Below, piece after piece: positions 1 to 9,800 of a stretch of DNA of 64,000 nucleotides. Made by a program: the position numbers and the translations under genes. Each line of letters starts with the position of its first letter. Within the stretch, counting starts at the first letter, position 1. Source of the DNA: Candidatus Bilamarchaeum dharawalense (GTDB lineage Archaea; Micrarchaeota; Micrarchaeia; Anstonellales; Bilamarchaeaceae). The DNA is taken from the NCBI GenBank assembly GCA_902386555.1, contig CABMJJ010000003.1, forward strand, positions 32,939-96,938, in the 5' to 3' direction. Under the pieces are notes generated by a model. The model did no database searches, was not told the origin of the DNA, and worked only from the letters and a program-made list of their open reading frames with translations.

Positions 1-462
1 GACTACAGCCCAGCAGCCTACGGTCCAAGAGTAAATGGTGCAGTTGGTTCTGGTTTGATGGTGCAGATAAGTGAGCCTGCGCCCCAGGCAACCTTAACAA
101 CTGACAGTTTACAACAGGATGGACAGGCATTCTTTACTGGCAACAGAATTGGGGGGAAAATAGACAGCGTACTTGAAAGTCTTCTTGCTGATACAGGTGC
201 AGATGGGACTGCGGTAAATGGTGTTCTTACCTCCAGATTTACAGGGAATAAAGAACAGCTATCTGGTGCAGTAAAGGCAAGATGGTATAGGGAACTTTCA
301 ACTGCAGCACAAAATCCAACTGTGCAGGGTTCTCTGAAAAGTGTAGGGATAACAGTTACCAAAACAGAAACAGGATTCGATGTCACTGTGGATTACAGCA
401 GAGCAGAACAGGTAATACGAAGCATGACCCTAACTTATGTAAGAGATCTTAATCCCAAGTAA
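1..462 (+). CDS. 3' end of a hypothetical protein entering from the left edge
   Basis: Frame 1 is open from base 1, with no stop before the listed ATG at 55, and ends at TAA 460-462. The sequence is Gly/Thr/Val-rich and no motif was recognised. Same strand as, and directly upstream of, the giant-gene array. Confidence 0.5.
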   Translation, partial: DYSPAAYGPRVNGAVGSGLMVQISEPAPQATLTTDSLQQDGQAFFTGNRIGGKIDSVLESLLADTGADGTAVNGVLTSRFTGNKEQLSGAVKARWYRELSTAAQNPTVQGSLKSVGITVTKTETGFDVTVDYSRAEQVIRSMTLTYVRDLNPK

Positions 463-505
463 TGCCTTTTTATGTATTTTCTCTTCTTAATTTCAATTCG
501 TCACA

Positions 506-513
506 TTTATAAA
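506..513 (+). promoter_or_regulatory. TATA-box-like element upstream of the small Lys-rich ORF and giant-gene array
   Basis: TTTATAAA sits in an AT-rich spacer roughly 36-43 nt upstream of ATG 549. This is archaeal promoter geometry with a very short leader. Confidence 0.35.
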
Positions 514-548
514 GAACCGGCGATATAATTTTATTGCGGGTGCGTACC

Positions 549-869
549 ATGGCTAAAAAGAAAGTCGTTGTTAAGGTTAAACCAACTAAGGTCGTGAGTG
601 TACCGGTCAAAACGGATGTTGCTTCAGTAGAAGCTGAGACCATAAAACGTGTCGGAAAAACTATTTCTACTCTTGAAGGCTTTCTCTCCAGATGGGATGC
701 GTCAAAGATTAAACCTGACAGCATGTTTCCTCAAGTCGTTAAGATAAGAAAATTCTATCAAGCACTTAATTCTTGGCAGAAGGATGTCACAGACAAAAAA
801 AATGTGGACGATGAGACACGCACACGAAGATTACGCGACTTCGTATTTATTTGTAAATCCTATTCATAA
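549..869 (+). CDS. Small lysine-rich hypothetical protein (106 aa from ATG 549; the track ORF starts at TTG 534)
   Basis: ORF with N-terminal AKKKVVVKVKPTKVV. Its stop, TAA 867-869, lies inside the Shine-Dalgarno-like AAGGTGGTGG of the next gene. No family recognised. Confidence 0.5.
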   Translation: MAKKKVVVKVKPTKVVSVPVKTDVASVEAETIKRVGKTISTLEGFLSRWDASKIKPDSMFPQVVKIRKFYQALNSWQKDVTDKKNVDDETRTRRLRDFVFICKSYS

Positions 870-878
870 GGTGGTGGC

Positions 879-3800
879 ATGTCACAAACAGAACGTCAAC
901 CTGACAAAAAAGATAGATTAGTCATACACATAACATATAATCAAGCTGAAATAGCAGAATTACAACAATTTCTGAGAGAAGCACAAGGAGCCATTCAAGG
1001 TCTTAGAGAATATGCTCAGCGAGTTTCTGGTGGACCTGCACCCAGAACTGTTACTGACCTTGAAAAAGAAGTGGTCACATTAATGGGAATATTACGTTCA
1101 ATGAAATTAGAATCAGTGCCTATTTTTAAGGAGAGATTTGACTTTGAAATACACCAAATAGAGAAGTATATTACAAGTGCAAGAGAAATGGCTGGCACTG
1201 ATCCTGCCAAAGCATGGATAATGCTGACAGAAGCACAACAAAGAATGGAAGCACTTGGTGTTGTTTTCGTATCTGCAGTAAAATTTGTGGAAAGAGGATT
1301 GCCAGAAACCTATAGAAGAGGCGAACTTAATCCAGAAGAGACCATGTCGCGAGTACAGGATGCTGCAGAATGGGCTGCTTTGCAACTCGGAGGTAAATAT
1401 GACCGATTGGCAAAAGCTATTTTGAGAGCACACAAAGCACTTACTGATAACTTTGATTGCTATGTTTTTGATGATGATAACACAGTTAGAATTTATGATA
1501 ACCTGACAGCGTTTATTTTAGAACGCCACCAGATTGGTGACAGAAACGGAGTGTACAGTGAAGATCAGGCAAGAGCCGATGATAAGGCATTGGAAAAATT
1601 TGAAGGTAATTTCGTTGAATTAAGAGTTCAGGTAAAGGAAAGAAGTATTGCATTTTTGGAAAGCATGTCAGCAGCCTTGTTGCCATCACGACAATTAAGA
1701 GAAGGTGCAGCTGCATTGGCCGCAGAACAATATCATACCTGGCGGGATGAAGTTGACACATTAGTAAGAAAACTCAGAGGGGAAGACAGACCACTCGCAA
1801 CCTACGATGAAATGTGTAGAATCACTGCAGGGTATTTTGCACTAGTTGGAACGTTGGATGCTCCAGTAATGGGAGAAAAGGTGGCTGTTCTCCGAGATAG
1901 TGCAAAATTACTAAGAGGAAAAACAAGAGAAGGGGAGATAAGAGAAGGAACACCAGAGTGGTTTGGTCTTAGAGCATTGCAAGCCCTGGACCAGGGAAAT
2001 ACTAAGATGGCTGCTCTTTGCATAATGGTTGGAAACTTAGATAGACAATCATTTGACAGACTAAGAGACTATCTTCCATCCTACGAAGAGATAATGAGTG
2101 TGATAAGAAATAACAGAACGCCCACACCGGGTATGCTGGTTAGATTCACAAGTGAATTGCAATTTGCAAATGTTAAAGCAGAAACAGATGGACTTGTTGG
2201 CCAATATGTTGGCAAACAGGGTGAAAAAAATGAGAGGATACGGGCAGTGCTGACCACCATACTTGAACGAATAGAAAGAGGGGAGTTGGCAGATGCAAGA
2301 CGATTGCTTCTCATGGTTAAAACATACATTGAAATGATTAAAAAATACAAGAAAGAATGGGCTGGTTCTGGAGGTATGGAATCGGCAATTGATACCGAAA
2401 TACGAGGAGGAAATGGCCAGGAAGAGTTCAACAAAAGCATGGTCTACCATCAGTTCCAATTGGATTCTGCAAGAGTAAGAGAGACCTGGGCAGATTGGGG
2501 AACCGGAATGGTGATGCAGAAAAAAGTCATACGAACCGCATTGGATTATGCAGAATCATTGGCACGGGAAGGGAAAGGCCAGGAAGCTGCAAAAGTTTTG
2601 ACTCTGCTCACAATGTATGTGGATGCAGTGGAATTATTGGCAGTCAAAAAAGGAGGAAAAATCGCCTCACTGCGACAGGCAGACTTACCAAAATTACGAG
2701 GGATGGAAAGGGCATTGGCTGCAACAGCAAGAGGGGAAACCCAGGTTGATGAACTTGGTGTGGATGATGTGTTTGTTAGAAGTTTCAATGATGCACGTGA
2801 TCTTTACGTAGAACGAGAAATAAGCAGATTGGAAAAATTGGCTGTAGCACGACCAAACGGAAAAGAAACTGTGGTGCAGGCAATTGGAGTAGTAAAATCA
2901 AGATTAGCAAAAAAGAATTATGATGGTGCATTTACACTTTTGGCTTTACTCAGTGATTACTATGGTGGGGAAGTTGAAGCAGATCCTGCCAAAAAAATTC
3001 CAGCAAAAAGTGAAGGATGGAGATATGAGATATTTGCTGGCAGCAGTGTTTCGGGTATTGTGCAGGGTAGAGACAGGATGCTCGAAGCCATTAGATTGGA
3101 AATGGCTGCAAAAACAATAACTCAACATAAAACTGCAAATTCGAAATTTTTAGAAGGCGTTGATCTTGTTGGAATGAGTCATGCGCTCACAGTAGAATAC
3201 GACAGAATACTTGCAATGTATAATGGAAAAGAAAGAATGCAGGAAAAAGCACCACCTGGAAAAGTAATTGCCGGAAGAAGTGCAACTGGCCAGGATGTTC
3301 TGGTGGACATTGCAGATGTTACTGCCTATGAAAGAAGAGAAGCAGCCGAACCAAGAGACCCATTGCTTAAGGGAACACGACCACTTAGAGAAATTCTTGA
3401 AGACATGAGACGAGCAGCTGCAACAGGTAATCTTGTTGCATTCAATTCGTCAGTGGTTGAATTCAATATACGATTTGGAAATGCTGTGGCCGCATCCACC
3501 CGATCTATGATGTTCGATCAGATGATCGAGGGTTTGGATCAACTTCACACAGGAATGGCTTCGGTCTATGGAATGTATGATAATGTTCCTGAATTTAAAA
3601 TCGGTAAACGTAGCATTGTTGGTTACAAGTGGCGCGGAGACGGGGTAGTTAGAGAGGAATGGCAGGAAACTTCCAGAAGTACGTCCTTACATTACATGTC
3701 TCTGGATATGCCGCCAGAAGCTGTTGCAAGATTAACAGCACTGGAACAGAGAAGAGTACAATTGCAAAAAAGAATTGAAGATTTCAGAGCAGGACGAGGG

Positions 3801-6800
3801 GGGGATGAAGCCAGAATTATTCAGGATTATCAAAAATACATTGATGATTTCCAAGCAGAACAGAGACTTGCAACGGCCTATGTTGCCATTGATGGCCAGC
3901 TTAAACTCAATCCAGTCTACCGAAGCATGGTAGCACAAACATCAGGTCTTTTGGATGACGCAGTTGGAGGACCAACATCTGAAACTAGAACTTCCCTTGA
4001 TAGGTGTGCCCAGGCACTTGAACAGGCGAAAAAAGCCATACTGGCTGGAGACACTAAAGGAGCAGAACTTCAGTACCAAGTAGCAATGCAATACCGAGTT
4101 GCAGCAATGAAAAAGTATGGTATGGAAGGTTCCTATTATGTTCAACCCTCAATGGATGAGACCTGGGGATCAACACCATTTGAAGACATGGTAAATGAGG
4201 GAAGACAACGAGCATTGAGAGAACGGGATGGACAATATGAAGCCTATTTCCAACTTCAGATGGGTGCCTTCCGTGAAACATTATACGGAAAAGCAGAAGG
4301 AAGAAAAGAAAGATTAGAACTACAAAAAAGATTAGTTGATTCGGCCAGACTGATGGAACTTGCAATTTTTAGCATCCCTGGTAGAAACATTAGCCAGCAG
4401 GGCGTTGACTATGTAAATGAACAACACCGAATACGCACTGCAGTTATGCAGGCAGTTGGCGCTTTCCGAGCTGGAGATGTGCGAGCAGGTGAAGCTGCTC
4501 TTGCTCAGGCTGAAGCATCATGGAAAGATATACAAAAAATTTCCGGATATGTTGGATGGGGTGCAAATGCAGCATACACACTTATTGCATTGGGCATTAC
4601 GTTTGTTCAACCAGAAATAGGTATTGGTATGATTTTAGCTCAGCAGGCAGATGGTGCCTATGTTGAACATCATGTGAATGGTGCAGTTTCAGCTGAGACC
4701 TGGGTTATGATGGGATTAACAGTTGCAACAGGGGGATTAGGAAGAGCCTATGGAGTTTACAGAACTGCAGCAACAGCAGCAAGAATTGCAGAAGAAACAG
4801 AAGCTGCAGTAAGATTAACGAACGTAGCAACAACACTCGGAAGAACATCCATAACTGTTGGAGCAGGAATGACAGTATATATGGGTGCTCAATCCTACGA
4901 AGCATTTGAAAGGGGAGATATCAAAAACGGATTATTCAACGCAGGTATGGCATTATTCCCCTGGTTGCATATGGGTGGAGCCTACTTACGGTCAAGAAGC
5001 GCAGCAGTACCAGAAGTTAGGTTGGACGCAGCAGCAGAAGAATTGGCACCAACAGTTCCAAAACCAGTTGTTGATGTTGACCCAACAGTGGTTCCAGAAA
5101 CACCAGCAGTTGCAAGACTTCGCAATCCAAAAGTTTTATTGGAATTTTTAAGAGGATATGTTCGTGCAGCTCCAGCAGTTAGAGAATCAATGATAGCTGG
5201 ATTGCCTGAACATGTTCGAGGTGCGGTAGATAGTCTTATACAAAACCCTGCAATGCAGCAGGCACTTAAAGCACCTGATTCTTCAGTTGTTTATCTTTCA
5301 GCAGAAGATGCAATGGCTAAGGCCATAAGAACATTTGAGAAACCACCAACAACACCTGGTCCAACAGGAATTGGACCATTCCAGGAAGCAGCAAATTGGC
5401 TGGCAACTAAAGGAGTCACATTGCAAGGATTTGTTGGTGATCTTTTAGCAGGACAATCAGTTGCAAAAGCAAGATTAGCAGAAATCCGAGCACAGAGTCC
5501 AGAGGTGGCAGCAATCATTGATGGGTTGCTTGAAAATACCACGGTGCAGTATGCAGCTAAAAAAGGACCAAATCCAATTTCTGAAGCAATCTACAGAAAA
5601 GCATTGGCAGATTTAGAAAGAATTGTTCCAAGAGATATTGTACAGCAGGAAGTGCAAGCACTTGAAGTTTACGAAGTACAAGTAGTTGGTGGAGAACCAA
5701 TTCAGATGATTGGACGAGTTCCGCCAGGTGACATGCCTGGAACCAGAACTCCAACAATGATGGGAGGACGATCACCAGAAATGGGAGGTAGAGCACCACA
5801 GATCGTTGGAAGTGCTGAAGGAACAGGTGGTGGTAGACCCCCAGTACCAAGAGCAGGGGCTGGAGATACTGGAGGACCAGTTGTAACCGACGGTGGTGGA
5901 ACTGGAGGGAGACCATTACCACCTAGTCGTGGAACAGTTCGTAGAACAATAGACGCAGTAACTCCTGATTTCATTTTGGATAGAGTAGCTGAGCTTAAAG
6001 CAAAAAGAGCAGCAGAAAAAGCAGCAAAGGCACGAGGTCCCCAGGACATTCAGGCTCCAGAAAGTTTTGTAGAACAAGCCGCAGGTGATCTTGAAGGAGT
6101 ATTGACAAGAGTGGGAACAACAGAACAACGTGCAAGAGCATTGGCAGAAATACGATCACGACCAGAATACCTGGATAGAACAGGTGCACTTACAGAGGAA
6201 GGAATTCGGGAAGCCGAGGGAATTCATGCAGCCACTGGTGAAGTTGTAGGACTTTTCAAAGGACTCTATGAAAGAGCAAATGATTCAAGACTTGCACCAG
6301 GATTAAGAGAACACGCAAGAACATTGATGGAAAGATTATATGCAAGAGAAAATGTTCGTGCAGCATTGGAAGAAGCTGCATTTGATGACCCTGCTCTTGC
6401 ACGCGCATTTAGAGAAACCGAAACAAGAAGTGCATTGGCAAAAGGTGGACGCACTGATGCTGAATATTATGGTAGTTTAAGAGAGGCAGGTTTCAAACCA
6501 GAGGATATAACTGCAATTGTGGATGTTCTAGAAACACCTGTGCTTAAACAGGTAGTGGAAGCAAGAACAAAAATTGCTGAAGCAAATAAACGAGGAGCAG
6601 AACTAACAGGCCAGATTGTAGAAGCGCAACCGAAATTAGTTAAAGCAGATGCGGCTCCGAGAAAAGCATTTGTAGAAAAAAGTGGGAGAGCAGTAGAAGA
6701 AGCTCAAGCACAATATGAAAAATTAGTTGCCGAGCGTGACGCAATTGATGTGGTACAAGTACAGGATGAACTAGGAGGAGTACCCCCAGGTTCACCTGAA

Positions 6801-9800
6801 GCATCACGATTGCAAGCAACCATTGACAGGGCAGCAGCACTTGATGCTGTATTACCAGAACTAAGACAGCAATTGGACGGAGCAGGATACATGATAGAAG
6901 GGGTGGGACAGGTTAGATTGGATAGAGTCGCCCCAAGAGATTTAGCACAGAGAACACAGGAAATTAGATTGGGATTGGAAACTATTGAAGCACAATTAGC
7001 TAGAGCAGACCAATTGCTTAGAAGTGTTGGTGAGGAGGGAGTCGTTAAAAAACCTGCTAAGATTCCCGGGAAAGTAGCCTGGGTACCGAAAGTGGAGGAA
7101 TTAACAGATGGTGCCAGAGTTGCATGGGAAAAAGCAGTGAGAAAACCATTGGATAGAGTAGTAGAACTTACCCAGGGATTAAGACAAACAAATCAAGTTA
7201 TAGCAGATGCAGGAGAACTGTTGGCAAGACCAGAAGCCCAACCATTGGCAACAACTGAAAGAGTACTTGGGATAGAAATTGGATCAAAAGCAAGAGCGGA
7301 AATGTTGGTTAAATTAGCAGACACAGGCAAACTTCCAAAAGAGATGTTGGATGGAGAAGCAAATGGACTGGTTAGAGGAACACAGGAAGCAATAGGCAGA
7401 ATTCCAATACCAGATGAAGCTCCAATAACCCGATTAATACGGGAAAGAATAATGGAAAGAGCCAGACAAGGTGGAGAGATAAAAGAGATAATTCTTAAAG
7501 TTTTGAGAAGTGACGAGGTTGCAAGAGAGATCGGAGCTAGATACGGGCCAGAGATGGAAGCAGATTATCGAAGAGCAGTATCAAGCGACGTTGTTGATAC
7601 TGCATTGGCTGAGTGGAATCAGAAAAACCCAAGACAGCAAAGAACAGCTTTTGATCAAGTGATGTTTAATTTACGAGCAATGGAAAATGGACAGGTATCC
7701 AATTTTGTTACAACAATGACAACCAACTTTAGTGATGTGTTTGGTGCAATACAAGTTTACACCGACGCCCCAGTGCTTACTGCCTATCGCGCAGAGGTTT
7801 TGGCTAGAGGAGGACAGGTTGCACCTGAATTTGGAAGTGCAACTGGTGCTGCCTGGCGCTGGGTACGGGAAAAAGCACCGAGTGGTTTGGTTACCGTAGT
7901 TGACTATGGTTTTGGTCCTGTTAGAGGTTGGAGAGCAAAACCAGGAGAACCATTAAGTGGTAAGATCGGTCCCCTTCGTAGAAAAGGACTTGCGAGGATA
8001 CAGGAAGCTGTTGATGCAGGCCAGACTGTCGAGGGTGCAAAAATTGCATGGGGTAGGGCATTCATTGCTGCTCAATATGCTTTGTGGATCGGTAATGCTG
8101 CATTCTTTGAATATTATTGGGGACCATGGGTTGGACAAAAAGTTGCAAACATTTTCACAGAACCAAATGTAAAAATAGAACGCGGTCCTGGTAGATGGCT
8201 ATGGAGCCAAGCTGGAGATTTGATAAATGAAATATTTGGCACCTCAACCTCAGCAAAAGAAGGGCGTAGATTGGTTAGAGAGAAATTAGGTGTGGATATT
8301 TCAGAAGAAAATGCTGAAGCAATTATAAAAGACCCTAATGTTAGGATGTTCCTGGATAGATGGAGATTCCTATTCCCACAAAACCAGGGAGAGCAGCAAG
8401 GAGAAAGTCCAGAGCGCAGACCAATGAATATGCAGGAAGCACTGAAAAAAGAGGGCGGATTTATTCACCCTGCAATGTTGGACAAGGTACTTGATGATGT
8501 TAGAGAAATGTCTGAGCAGATGGGTGATGTAAACAAATATATTACCAGAATCGAATCCGGTCAAGATACGGATGGAGAGACCAGAAAGAAATTAGATGCC
8601 ATAGTAAACAGATGGGGAATTTCAACAGAGGCCATATTAGAATTAGTAAGGCAGAGAAGAACCTACGAACCAGGATATAATTTAACAGTGGTTGACCTGG
8701 CAGAGATCAGAAAAACCGGAGACTGGCTTGCAAAAGGGTACTATTATACTTTTGGCAGCACTCTTGTCCATACCTTCCTTAGCGACTGTGGCATAACTGA
8801 CCACCAGAGAGAAGTTGGTGTACTTCAGAAAAATCCTGATGCCTACGGGGTATTATGGAATCTGATTCAAAGTGGCCAGATACCCTATGCCTATGCTCAA
8901 CGAGCAGTGCAGATTCTAACTGGAGTTGGTGTGATTGAACAGCTAAGATTACAAGCTGAAGTCAATGATACCAAATTAGAATCACTAATAACTGAGATGT
9001 TTAAAGCATATGGAATGATCGTCCCGAATCCAACTAGACCAAGCGGCGTGACTAAAGAATCATTCCTTAGGGATCTTCAGGCTCAGGCAACTGCAGAAGG
9101 ATCCTATCCAGAAAAGGTTGCAATGTTTGTTGGAGAACAGAAAGATGTGTTCATTGCACTTTGGGGATTTGTCAATAATGGAGATGTGCCAGTTGTATAC
9201 GCACAACAAGCAATAATTGAATTAGGCAAACCTGGAAGCATAGCAGCCATACAGGCAAAAGTGCAGGCAGGACAAAAAATCGAAGACGCAGTTTATGAAT
9301 TTTTAAATGGAAAAGGACTGATCATTGCAATACCAACAGCAGATGGAACACGGGGAGTATCCCAGACTTCTGCTCTTGGATATTTGGATGAACAGGCTAG
9401 TTACTACAATCCAGAATTACTGCCAGCAGTACGAGCAATTTTCGATAGATACAAAGGAGATCCGGTTGCCCTTGCTGCTTTGGAACAAATTGAAATTCGT
9501 GACTCGGAAAGAGTGTACGGCGATCCTGAGAAATTTGTTGAATGGTTAGTAAGAAAAGTTACTGAAAGAAATGCTCTGGTAGCTGAAGCAACTAGAACAG
9601 GAAAACCAGCACCTCCGATGGTGAATTACAGAGATGAGGCAATTAGAGAAGGATGGATTGGAAGAAGATCATTTGCAGAACTTGATTCAAATGTTCTCAG
9701 ATTCCCAGAGCTTATGACTTTTGCTGGTCAACATCCAGGAGTAATGGACTGGGTTGAAAAACAAGCTGACAAGTATGACATAAATCTTGTGGCTATTCTA

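Noticed and set aside
5702-6049. Long antisense or alternative-frame ORFs inside the giant genes (for example 5702-6049, 5557-5922, 10689-11057, 15049-15459, 16504-16962).
   Set aside because: They lie wholly within much longer, uninterrupted sense ORFs. Their translations are low-complexity (Leu/Ser/Pro/Cys-rich) and they have no start context. They are most simply a by-product of GCA/GAA-rich codon usage on the sense strand.
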